Origin: Fimbriosthenelais zetlandica
Lineage: Eukaryota
Assembly: GCA_977030845.1 (NCBI GenBank)
Contig: OZ365111.1
Location: 43,090,001 to 43,154,000, forward strand
DNA: 64,000 nt
Reading direction: 5' to 3'
The notes under the pieces are model-generated. The model did no database searches. It was not told the DNA's origin and saw only the letters and a list, made by a program, of their open reading frames with translations. Shown here piece after piece: positions 52,161 to 64,000 of this stretch. The position numbers and the translations under genes are program-made. Each line of letters opens with the position of its first letter. Positions within the stretch are counted from its first letter, which is position 1.

Positions 52161-55100
52161 TGACATTTGAAGAGGAGGGAAAACACTTACTATAACCCAA
52201 ATATAGGGACCTTCTAATATAAGTAACAGTTCAGATGAACAAATTATTGAATTAATTATTTGAGACATGTTATTGGTATGTATAGCACAATAATTAACAG
52301 GATTGTTGTGGGAAGGTTTGACATAAATTATATCCCTAGAACTTTGTTCCGTTCAAATGACTAAACCTTACTGGAATTATTCAATGAATAGCATAAGTAA
52401 ATTTGGGTGTTGTAAATATAGGGAAAATTAAAAAATTGGATTGTGAGTCTTGAAGAAATAAGGACTGTTGCTTTGTATATTGGAGGATATTGAGATGGTG
52501 GCCACATTTATAAGATGTTTACATTTGATCTTTTAACCCAGTCATGCAACTATTTATAAATTATCTGTAATTATTCTGCTTTGTAAATGTATGTCGTGCT
52601 GTTGAATTTGTGGAAGGTTTGATGGCGAAAAAACTGCGAGGAAAAGTGCCTAGATATTCTGAATGTGATTGGTTAGGTTTCTTGGTGAGTAGGTGCACGG
52701 GAAAGGCAATAGTAGACTAAATGGGTGATTCCTAATGAGGGAATAATGATAAAATATTAAAATTTGAAGAGGAGAATTTTTATGTCGTGAAGATATGATT
52801 TCCACACAAAATTATCCAGATTATGTTAAACAAAGATTGATATAAATATCAAGAAGATTTATAAGTAAATTGTCTTTCTTTGGCAGATATAAGATACAAC
52901 CGTCTATAGTTAATATTAACTATTGAGAATACTGTGAAGGAACTAGTCTTGTCCTATGCAATGTGTATCACTCTATTATCGACTTTTTTGTATTAAAAAG
53001 GAAATCGTAAATATTCACAATTACAGTGAATCTAAAAAGTCCACGTTTCATGGAAGTTGTATTTGCTTGTGAATAAATTTAAAACACTAAGATCCAGAAA
53101 AGCTTGCAGACTATGGAAATTCTCATCTGGTTTCAATTCGATTGCTTGACAATTAAAAAAAATGCTCAGTTTGTCAGTCCCAAATAGAACAGTGAAGCAA
53201 ATAAATTACATTTGTATTATTCTAATGCATTTACCTCAATTTCATTAGCATTTAAATTGAACAATCTATGGATTCATTGTGAAAGATTGAATTATCAAGT
53301 AAGTAAATTCTTCGAACATGAAGTCCCATCATGAACATTTGAGATAAGATAGAAAGTTAGAATGTCATATGAGCGTCTGATATATTTATAGTGGCCTACA
53401 GTGAATGTAATCATTTGTATCAAGTTTCAAATCTCGAGACAATGATATGATTACTTTACCTTGAGTCATACAGTTCCAGTAGGAGCTGTCGGTCCATATC
53501 TTCTCCATACTATTCACTGCTTGCTATATCTGTGTATTTGCTTAATGATATATTATATATATTAAAAACTGAGCACTTGATTTTGTATTTAATCATATAT
53601 ATCATTAAATTGTATGTAAAAGTATGACTGGATGACTTATAGAAGCGAATGAGTGATAGTAATAAAACATGTATATTTGTCTATATATATTAATTATATT
53701 AATGAACACTTTTCGGTAGCATGGGTTACAGTGTATTGCATTATGCACCATAATGAACTGATTCCGTATTATTGTGATCCAGGGGTAGGCCTAACCTTCC
53801 TAGCTGTTCTAGCTCGTACTTGCTCTCTCTGCAATAACCTTGCCATGATCGCAATGATTGATCAGGGCAAGGACATTTCAGTAAGGGCCCAAGAGTGGCA
53901 TAACAAAAACCCCATGGATCAGAGCTAAATCATTTTAACTCACTCCTTGCTGTATATATATAATGCATCATAGTGCAGTTTTGTCCATTCCTGTCATTGT
54001 GCTTGACCGCTTGTACGTATGAACGTTTGTCCACTGACCCATCATGTGTAGGTAATGACCGTAATGTACATTATTTGGTGTGGCCATACTAGACTTGATA
54101 TTAGTCATTTACATGGTCGAATCGGTGTCATTTTTTTACCCCATACCTTGGCGTCCACCTGAACATTCTTTATAATAGATTCAAACCCATTCCGCTCCAA
54201 GTCATTTGCCCTGAACCTCAATTTTTGACTTTTAGCACTACGAGACAGACCTACATGCACATTAGATTATTGTATATGTATACCATACTTATAATATATA
54301 TGTGTATCTATTATGTGGCCAAAATGCAATCTTCTTGGCTCCCAACCGATCCATTGTTTTGCAGCAAAGTTTTTCTAGTCATAGATTGGGTAACTAGATC
54401 CTACTTTGCCTGGTATGTTCTGCCTACTTTGCCTATACTGAATTCTGCCAATTTTCCCGCTGTATTCTGCCTACTTTTACATCTAAATTTCGCTCAGACA
54501 GCGAGTCTGGTATTTTCGCCTATGTACCCACAATCTGTTATCTCAAAGTTATTGAAAAATTGAGAATTTAAATGTACAATATGTATACGCATTTTGGGTT
54601 TTGAATTGTGATTTATTCTATCTATATGGAATGGTATCTTAAGTTTGGACAAAAATGACATATTTATCTTATCTTTTCCCCTTTCTGTTAATATCATATA
54701 CCATTTATGACATATTATTCATAATTGCTATATTGTGGCACTTCTATACAACCTGAGTGATTCCTAACTGTACAAATAGTGGTGTCTTTTTTGGCAAACG
54801 TGCACCCATGGATTGGATCCATGCACTCCTGTATTGTCGGTTATATACAGAATATTCAGTAGGTCTTTTTCTTGGAGGCTTTTATATGATAAATTATTAT
54901 CCCTTAAGCATTCCCATGATAATGATGCCAGGTAGACAGTAAAGGTGGTCACACTGTGCAGACTGCATTCTGATCATCGTCTTACATGTAAATCTGCCGA
55001 GTGTGAATATTTTTTAAATGTGGTAAATGTGAGGTAGAAGTGGTTATCACTGAGAGGACTGGGTCTTGTTGCAACAGACCCAATCTGCAGATTCCTGTTG

Positions 55101-57622
55101 ATTGGTTCCATACTTGTGCAGATGAGTTTCAGTTCCCTGGAGATTGGGTCTAGTCGGCAGACTGGCTTCAATTTTGTAAACTTCAGTTAACACAGTAATA
55201 TACCCTACATAACCCAAATATTTCCTTGAGACATCCCCGACGTTTACCTCCGGATATTTGCCTCGTAGCTTGCACCTAAAACGACCAACTTTATGCTAGA
55301 TAGAGTAGGAAAAAATGTAAGAAAATGCCATCAAATTTATGTGGAAATTAAGTCCACCATCTGTCCATGATCTTTGTTGGATCTGTGATCTAATAATATG
55401 AAAGGATTTAATAGAATTTTGAACTTTTTTTGTACTTAGGAGTTAGACATGTCTGTTCACGCAATGAAAGTATGAGTAACAAAGGATGCCTGGAATTTCT
55501 CTGTAAATATTTTATGCTTGTATCGCGTGTCAATATCTGAAGTAATTCATAACTTAAGGATACTGTTATTTGAAATGAGACTTCTATACTTGATTGCTTA
55601 AAGCCCTGTGTTCACTACTCCGTTTCTTGACCTATATCAGATCGGGAATTGACGTCTGTGGCCAAATCGGCCCAGTGGACATAGGGTTTAAATCATAGTT
55701 GGTGGTATTATTCTTGGTAAAACCATAGACATAAATATCTATTGTCTATGTTAAAACGATGCCTATTCTCTGCCTTAAATGAATGACGTGTGATCTCTAT
55801 CATATAGTATGATTTTTTATTTTAACAGTGGTATAAAACATGTAAAATAGGATGGGTGCTTCTAAGTCAATGATGAAAAGTAATCTGGCCTGAAAATATA
55901 CTTAATGTTCCTCCTAATCCTTTAACAAAGGGGCGGATCCATGATTTTGGAGCATTTGAGAGACCGACCTATAGAGGCCTTTGTGATCCCAAAAAATACT
56001 ATTTGAACTAAATACTATCCTGAAACACAGGATTCGCCCCTATAAAATTCTATAAATTACCAAGGTTTAACTTAACTTCGGTGTGGTTTTTTTAATGTTT
56101 ACTGGGGTAAAATTTGAAGCAGATCTAGCCTATGTGTGTATTTTGCCTGGTGTAGAGAAGATGTGGTGTCCTTATTATAAAGCTTTATAATCAGACTGGG
56201 TCGCTGTATGGAGGTGTGACTGAATATTAAACCTGTATTTGTTCCTGCTTCACCTCTAAACGCTGAGGAAATAAATGTTTCTAAACAACATCACTGTCTT
56301 TGTTATATCTCACCAAGATCTGTAAAGATCACAAAATCACTTGTGACGCAATTTCGAAAGTAGGTGGGCCAGTTATATAACGAGATATATTTGTTAACGG
56401 GTCCGGTGTCTGGTTCTAGTATACCACAGAAAGGACCTATAGATATGTTCATATGGAAGGTAGTACATGTAGTTGGGGGTGTTTTTGCGGGGCGGGGGGA
56501 GGGGCGGGGCGGGGTGCAATCAACGACACCCAAGAGTGTAAGTAGTAGGCCTACTGAGTATGGGGGCTGCCTTTCGAAGTCTCAAACTGCCATGTGCCTA
56601 TGGATATAAATCCTTCAGTATCCAGTGACCACAATGACCCTTATGTGCATGGACCTCACTTGAATACTGGAAGTTACTTGGGAGAATACCGTGATTCGTG
56701 AGTAACCTTCGTTATTTGTTTCTACAAATATTTATCATGTAATTTATCTAGCTGAATCCTAGTGATTCCTAGTGATCGTAGGAGCTTGGAAGAATGTGTC
56801 CAGAAAGGTCAAATATCAGTAGTGGTGAGGGTTGTCAGTTTCAATGGTTTCAGAGACAGCAAAACATTCAAGAAGGCAGGGAGTTGTCAGTTCCACTCTG
56901 GGTAGTTGGGGGGGTGGGGGGTGGGGGGGGGGGGGTAAAATACTAGAAAGGACCCCCTCCCTATGAGTCAGAAATTGTGTCCGCCCCTGCCTACCCATCA
57001 GTAAGGTCATTACATAGGCCTACTATAAGGATATCCACTAATGAAAGGGCACACCTTCATACATGTACAGGTACCAACTGAGAAAGAGAATGTTCCAGGT
57101 AACAGGTGTGGTGTTTAGTAATCATGCAGCTAACCTCTCCTATCACACCTGCCTTTTATGAGTCTCTTATAATATGTGTCACACAGGTGGTTGGCCCATC
57201 CCCCACATCACAAGAAGTTAATGAGGGGGAAACTAGAGTCACATCGTCTTTGTCACTCAATTAATACTGGGAATCCGGCTTTAATTCTAAAACATATTTA
57301 ATAATAATAGGAGTGAAAATAACACCACAAGGTGTAAGGCATTGAATTAATATTTTTTTCTTTTAATCTGTTTTTGAAAATAATATCTAGTGAAGCTAAT
57401 TAAGGCTTGTTGTCTGGGAGATTCTTTTTCGTTGCTTGACTTCTGTAAGGTAAAGGTTACTGAAGTGTAAAGTTTATTTCCTCTTGGTTTATCTCACCTT
57501 GCTTTGAAGAAAAGGTCAACTGTAACACCTGTGCACCTTACCAACTACTGCCTCTCCCAGCCACCGAGGTCTACCAACTATACATGCCCCATCCTCCATC
57601 ACTCCAGACACCATTACCGGGG

Positions 57623-58025
57623 CCCATTGACCACTTCAAGAGAGCCACATTGACCCCTTCCAGAGAGCCCCATTGACCACTTCTAGAGAGCCCCATTGAC
57701 CACTTCTAGAGAGCCCCATTGACCACTTCTAGAGAGCCAGATTGACCCCTTCCAGAGAGCCCCATTGACCACTTCCAGAGAGCCCCATTGACCACTTCAA
57801 GAGAGCCCCATTGACCCCTTCTAGACAGCCCCATTGACCCCTTCTAGACAGCCCCATTGATCCCTTCTAGACAGCCCCATTGACCCCTTCCAGAGAGCCC
57901 CATTGACCACATCCAGAGAGCCCCATTGACCCCTTCTAGAGAGCCCCATTGACCTCTTCCAGAGAGCCCCATTTACCACTTTCAGAGAGCCCCATTGACC
58001 ATTTATAAAGATCCATTGACGCCAC
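57623..58025. repeat. 23-bp minisatellite, about 17 copies
   Basis: Unit cccattgacc(a/c)cttc(t/c)agagagc, head to tail with no spacers. Confidence 0.92.
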
Positions 58026-60146
58026 CCGCCCAATGATGACCATTCCACATCCACTGGCCATGTGACCCGAACCTATTATAGTACTGAGCAATACTGCGTG
58101 ATGCCCACCCCGATCCACCCACCATTTCCAGAACTCCACTCATCTCCACTCTATCTCTGCTCAGCATCCACTCCCATTCAATGACCATTTCTACGGTTCC
58201 ATTGACCACTCATAGTTCCCTGGGTTCCACTGACCACTCCGGCTCGGTACCACTCCGGCTCAGTACCACCTCCTGAGAAGCACCACCTCCTGACCCTTGA
58301 AGGGCTTCCATATATATAATTTTATAGTACTCTCTCCCACTGCCCATCACTCACGGACACTCCCATGAAAACATTTGCCAGTACATTGTACCATTAAACT
58401 TTCCCTTGGAGAGCTACAAAGAGCATCCTCTCCCAGTTCATGGCCTTCTTTATGACCTAATAACAATTCCCATTCACATAACCTTTAGCTACCTTTAATA
58501 GGCTCGACGAGTATACTCGTCGGTAGGCCTACTATCATTTCTATAGATCTAAGCAAGCAAGGTAGGCCTATGGATGTCTAATTGTTACAAAATTTGTGTT
58601 CAAAAATATAAATTAAAAAAAAAATGATTGAAAAGCAGCGTAAGAAAAGGTGGCTCATATATCTTGGTGACCTGACCTCAGTTTAAAAAGAAAAAGCCAG
58701 TGTAAGAAAAACTACCCAGTAACCTAGCTGATATTTTATATTCATTATATATGTGTCAAGTATATTTATGTAAACTTGTACTCTGCTGACATCATTCATA
58801 CAAAGCACTGGTCCCTCTATCCATACATTGAACCAACATTGATTGAACAATATAGACCACACTGCTCTCTCTTTATATTTGTGTACATCAATCCCCTGCT
58901 CCATTTAAGTCCACCTCCATTCACTCACTTCTGAGGTTGAATGCATTTACTTTTTTTCCCAGTAACAGGTGCAAAGTCTGCTGACATGTTTTTGTTATTC
59001 AGTGATGTCCTTTCTAGGTGAAAGTACTTTTTAATACCACCTATTTTATGTTCATTTCCTCTGTGAAGAATTCTCATAAGTGAAGTATCCTCAAAATTTA
59101 AAATTATGAAATTCGCGAAATTGAAAATCTTAAAGATTAAGAATTGACACTATTTTAAATAGGATTATTGGCTGAAGTATGTCGAAATCATATTCCTAAA
59201 TCCTTAATGCTATAAGCGAGTATACTTATTTAGTAACAGGAGTTCTGGTAGGGGTGAGTGAGAGCATGAGAGAAGCTGATGCCAAATATTCATAGGTTGT
59301 ACTTAGTCAGTCGGTATACTTGGCACGCTCTCCATTAACCTGGCTTCATCAAAAACAATATACTCGGTGTTCATTCTATACTCGTTGATTCTATATACTG
59401 CATCCTTGTTTAAGTTGAGACTCATCTTAACAAATGAAACTGGAGACCGAGTGACGAGAGTATATACGTATTATAACCTTTGAACCCATCCACCATATAT
59501 CCTGCCAACCCAATAAATTTATGTTTAGGAAAATCCCGCTACCCCGAGGCTACAGAATGGACACGACATACATAATAAATCAGTCTGGTTAATCCTAACT
59601 GAATTTAATATTTAATAATTTGTTACAAATATCTATGTATATGTAGGGCCACCACCTCCAGGCTTGTAGTTCAATATTACTTTTAAGTATGATTTTTGCC
59701 CCCGATTTACCAATTTCCGCCTATATAAAATAGCTAGTCTAATTTAGAAATAAGAATGTAGACATAAATTGTGATAAGAAATGCTCTTCTAGGTCATCAC
59801 CAAGACCTACAGTTCCTCGATTATCAGCTATAACCACTTAAATGCTTATTCTGTTTTAAGTGCTTGTCAATTTTTTTTCCCGAACTCTTTTTCTGTTACT
59901 TATCCTAGATATTATCAGTTATTTCCTGGTACGAATCTTGAAATAAAAACAAAGTATCTAGGCTACCTTAGGTAAAGGAAAGCTTTGATCCCAGTTATAG
60001 CTTTACTCGAGTCTGGAACAATAACTTCATGTTCTATTATTTCTTGCAATGTATTCGCCGGTTCCTTTATCAGTGATAGATATATCTAAACCTAAAAATA
60101 AATTATACAAAAAGATTTCAAAATCATGAATGGCATTTTTTTGATT

Positions 60147-60152
60147 TTTATT
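60147..60152 (-). terminator. Candidate CK polyadenylation signal AATAAA
   Basis: TTTATT on the + strand about 860 nt past the CK stop; position only, no transcript support. Confidence 0.35.
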
Positions 60153-61013
60153 TTGGTTGTGCAATGACACATACTCCAAATCCAACCCTATCTCCACATG
60201 TAGAGCGCAGACCGAACTGGCGGTCAATTTATGGGGGACCAGAGAAGGGGTTTAACCAAGGGGAAAAAAATTGGCACATTTTGGAATAACCTAAAGAACT
60301 AGAATCTGACAATTATGTGTCTAAGGATACTTTTAACTGTGCCGTCGGAATCACAGCTCCACTTTTATACTGAACAGTCTTTGTACAAGCGCTCAAAATT
60401 CTTGTAAAAACTCCAGTTTCAGTAATAATTTTTTTCACCATGAGTTTACGACGGAAGGGTTGGGGGGTGATTCGATGGAAAAAGTGATGGGGAAAAAAAT
60501 GGACAACAAATATTTCACAGAATATGATGTAGAGAAAGTACTATGGTCTAGTAAAGAGATGTAAGAGTCAAAGTCCAGTCTCACAGGGTCCACTGTAATC
60601 TCAACGAGTAACAGGAGTGGATAATGCTAATCCATACAAAAAGCCACTGGCGCAACATTTTTTGTTATAAAAATGTCATTCGCGCATAAATATCAAGACT
60701 GTTCAAACTGGCAAGGCGTTGTTGTTTTCAGTTTTTCCCTCTCTCAAATACAGCTAATATTACTGTGAAATGTTTTATAGGTACACAAAGTCAATGTATC
60801 CTTGGTGTTGCACTATTGTCCATTAGAAGTGGTATCAAGTTTTAATTAGCCTAGGTTTGTTCATTGAGGCCATCAGATAGTAAGGTTTTGGTGTTGTTGA
60901 ATCCAGACTAAGAGTGATTTTTAAAACCAATTATATTCACATATTGTAGATCATGTCCTCTAAGTTAGTAATAAACACCGTATTGATGATGATGATAATG
61001 GATGATAGGTTTT

Positions 61014-61515
61014 CTATTTCTTCATCTCTTTGGGGATGAGATCGTCAATTGCCTCTCCCTTCTCCAGTCTCTTCTCCATCTGGATGAGAAGGTCGATTCC
61101 GTCGATGACGAACTGTACAAGTCTCACCTCGGAGAATCCCAGTCTGTCAGCGTTGGAGATGTCGTAGGTGCCACCGGTGGCCGCAGTGTCCACACCGCCG
61201 GTGCCGCGTTTCTGTAGACGGAGCTTCTCCAGGATCTGGTCGAGCTTCTTCTCGTCTTTAGATAGGTTAAGGATCTTAACATGGACGCCGGCCCTCAGTC
61301 CGGTGCCGAGGTTGCTGGGGCAGGTGAGCACGTATCCCAGGTGCTCGTTCCACATGTAAGTGTGACCCTTCTTCTTCATGGCTTCCTCCACTTTGTTGAG
61401 GCCTACACAGAAGCGTTTGAAGACAGCCTGGATGTCGCCGCCTTTCTGCATAGAGATGACGCGAGTGTGGTCCTCCTCGTTGATCCAGACGAGGAAGGTC
61501 TTCTCATTGTTGTGC
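61014..61515 (-). CDS. CK: CK coding exon 3
   Basis: [16 protein letters not shown]...[16 protein letters not shown] then TAG. Confidence 0.95.
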
Positions 61516-63076
61516 CTGTCAACAGAGATGGTCATTTATTTAGAAATAAGTCGATAGTAACTTAAGTAGTATAGTTTAAGAAGTTTTAAAATTATCTGAG
61601 CGCTACCTGGTTGCGCTTGAGACCATATGACTACAATAATTAATAAGCTCACCAATGCCCATATTCTGTTGCTAAACGAATTGGTCTATATATCAATATT
61701 ATGTACTTGTGAAAACATTACTAAAGTTAATTCGTAATATACCCTCTAATTCTATCACAATTTTTAATGCGATACAGCTTATTTTGTAAGTTATACTTCA
61801 AATTTCCCTTCTGTAACGAGTCCCCTGTTCAAAGGAATCCTTACTTCAACTTTTCCATATAAATTCTAAGCACTAGAGGGATTTCTTCCCGCGTGATAAT
61901 GAATATCATGAGACTTACCAGATACCACGTGCATCGGGCCAGTCACGGGCCATGCCAGCTGAGAGCAGCAGTGGGGAGACTGGCTTGTCAAAGAGGAAGT
62001 GATCTTCGATCAGCTTGTCTTGATCAGCTTCGGTCATGTTGGAAAGTGGGTAGTACTTGCCGGCGAACTCTCCATCGAGTGTGGCCAGAGCCTCGACGGC
62101 GATACTTTCCACCTTGCGACGTTCAGCACGGGTACAGTGAGGAGGCAGACACAGACCCTTGAAACTACGACCAGTACGGACGCGAGATGACAGCACGTAC
62201 TTGTCATCGAACTGACCGCCCTTCAGTTTGGCGTAGTCTAGATCGGTCTCGTGTTTGGCATCAGGACCGTATCCGCCATGACGACCATCGATGATGGGGT
62301 CCATAAGGTCCTTGAAGACCTCGTAAGTTTCTTCATCACCAGCTACAGCTCCCACAGTGTAGATGAATGGATGTCCTAAAACAAAGTAATAGTTTCACAT
62401 CAGCTGGGAATCACTGAGGCGCAATACCAGAGTCAGGAGGTGGGAACGCTTAAGGGGGGACTGGACCACTGCTGCGATTTTGTTTGTTACACTACTGCGA
62501 CAAGGGTGATAGTTGTGTCGCAATAGAATATATGAATTGCGTTTTAAGTGTGCAAGGCTTTAAGGCCGTTTTCTACTGGTACATTTTTCATTGCGACACA
62601 AGTATCACCTTTGTCGCAATATTGTCGCAAGCAAAATCGCAGCACTCGAATTAAGAATTTTTTTTTCTTTTCAGTATAATATAGAATGAATGAAACGAGT
62701 GACATATTGCATCCATCATGATCCTTACACTAACACTTGAATAAAATTTCGAATATTTCCTTTAGTTTACTATCCTTTACTTGTCAATTTTTGTCAGCTC
62801 TGTCAGTATGTGATTCTATTAAAGTAAAGTTATTATTTAACATGTCTTATTAAACATGTCAGAAGCAGGATTAATAATGAATGAATACTGACCAGGGTTG
62901 TCCACGCCTGTCTGGATGATGCCATCAATGTTGAAGCCACTGGGGGTGGTCTTGTCGCGGAGCTTGCCGTAGATCTCCTTCGTCAGACATTTGGCCATCC
63001 AGTTGTTGTGCTTGGTGAGATCAGGGAAGTCCTCATCGGTCTTGTAGTTCTTCTGGAGCAGGTTAGGGCCCGGCAT
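61014..63076 (-). CDS. CK: Creatine kinase (ATP:guanido phosphotransferase), single-domain, cytoplasmic type, 380 aa, three coding exons
   Basis: Exons 63076-62893, 62375-61919 and 61515-61014 total 1143 nt. Motifs: [64 protein letters not shown]. No mitochondrial presequence or myristoylation leader on the Met at 63076. Confidence 0.95.
61919..62375 (-). CDS. CK: CK coding exon 2
   Basis: [22 protein letters not shown]...[12 protein letters not shown]; ttttag acceptor, TG|GTAAGT donor. Confidence 0.95.
62466..62646. mobile_element. MITE family B copy in CK intron
   Basis: ccactgctgcgattttgtttg ... gtcgcaagcaaaatcgcagca. Confidence 0.75.
62893..63076 (-). CDS. CK: CK coding exon 1
   Basis: [32 protein letters not shown]...QTGVDNP. 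Acceptor at 63092 (exon starts 63091), donor CTG|GTCAGT. Confidence 0.95.
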
Positions 63077-63702
63077 CTTGAGTTCGTACGACTGTAAAAC
63101 AAAAGAAAAGCAAAATGTATCAATATAAAAATTTAAAAAAAACTATTGAAGTATACAATATATAGATCGTAGTAGGCTATAGAAGCACTGCTTCTTTGGT
63201 CTTAAGGAGAAACTTTTTTTTCGCCAATATGCATCAACAATATCTGAAGGGGACATAAGCCTTTCAAGTTTTATTTTTGTTATTTACAACCTGTAAACTG
63301 ATGTTTGTTATTTTGAATTTAAAAAAAAAAAATGTTGGCTTCAGAGTCAATATTTTGAGATGGTTACTGTAACTTACAGGCCTGTTAGTTGTATGGGAGA
63401 TATACTATATATATAGGCCTAAATCAAAACTAGGACACAGTTGCATAGCTTCTAGACAAGAGTATCTATCTCTACCAAGGTAAGGAGTAAAGGGCTGGTT
63501 ATACTGGCTACATAGCTTCAGACTTATAACTGACGGATCCAGGGCAAACTAAAGGTTGAGCTCATACATACATACCTCTAGCTCATTCCCCACACCACCT
63601 CCCTCCCCCTACCCCTGCCCCATCTCCACCAATTCATCATGACAAGCAATGCTCTGACATAAGCCGCATCCCAGGATAGGCGAGCTACTCTATAATCGAT
63701 GC

Positions 63703-63716
63703 GTTGCCATAGCAAC
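63703..63716. promoter_or_regulatory. RFX X-box (GTTGCCATAGCAAC) upstream of CK
   Basis: Exact match to the near-palindromic X-box consensus GTTNCCATRGNAAC, inside a GC-rich island 627 bp upstream of the CK ATG. Confidence 0.65.
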
Positions 63717-64000
63717 TTGGGAGCTGCTGAGCTCGTGCCGCTCGTGCCTGTGTTCCCCACTACAGAAACAGTGGATTGAGAAGAACCACCTGAATCTAAT
63801 CATTCTAGACTGTACAAAACTATGAATTTTCATTTTTGTAAATGAAATATTCAAATGCTTTCAAAGTAAATTGAAGCAATAAAGTTCTATTTTACAAAAA
63901 AAAAAAATTTCCAGAAACTGACAATGACCCAGGCTTACCTGGTGAAGTCCAGCTACTACCTTTAACCTTGTAAGAGTGGAGGGTCGGGGGTAGTGGAGGA

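Noticed and set aside
55929-56988. Possible 1-kb element bounded by aggggcggatcc and tgtccgcccctg
   Set aside because: The inverted match is short, there is no TSD, and the ends may belong to separate decayed copies.
57623-58025. Regular short repeats resembling a CRISPR array
   Set aside because: Units are head to tail with no unique spacers, there are no cas genes, and the context is eukaryotic.
63578-63760. Minus-strand ORF MGNTGTS... resembling a myristoylated flagellar-CK leader
   Set aside because: It starts with GTG, not ATG, and ends in TAG 2 nt before the donor. The frame that would splice into the CK exon also contains a TAG.

Overview
AT-rich animal genomic DNA, probably a marine invertebrate. 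This is inferred from a creatine-type phosphagen kinase, which arthropods and molluscs normally replace with arginine kinase. Two protein-coding genes converge tail to tail. (1) On +, a multi-exon EML/EMAP-like microtubule-associated WD40 gene runs from at least 152 to the stop at 51782; its 5' end is probably upstream of the window. I traced 20 core coding exons in one continuous frame: coiled-coil trimerisation domain, Ser/Pro/basic linker, HELP motif, tandem beta-propellers. It also has a U12-type intron inside the HELP motif, a 26-nt microexon, two probable in-frame cassette exons (5631-5678, 9964-10032), a candidate internal first exon (17654-17722) for a 643-aa isoform lacking the coiled coil, a 17.7-kb last coding intron, and a candidate 3'UTR intron starting 4 nt after the stop. 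(2) On -, a single-domain 380-aa creatine kinase in three coding exons (63076-62893, 62375-61919, 61515-61014), with a consensus RFX X-box about 630 bp upstream of its ATG. Introns and the intergenic region hold several MITE families, tRNA-derived SINE heads, a modular 40-bp hairpin-unit repeat, minisatellites and microsatellites. Most ORFs in the supplied track are spurious: they are GTG/TTG-started or low-complexity, or they run from exons into introns. All splice models were derived by hand from motifs and frame continuity, with no transcript evidence.
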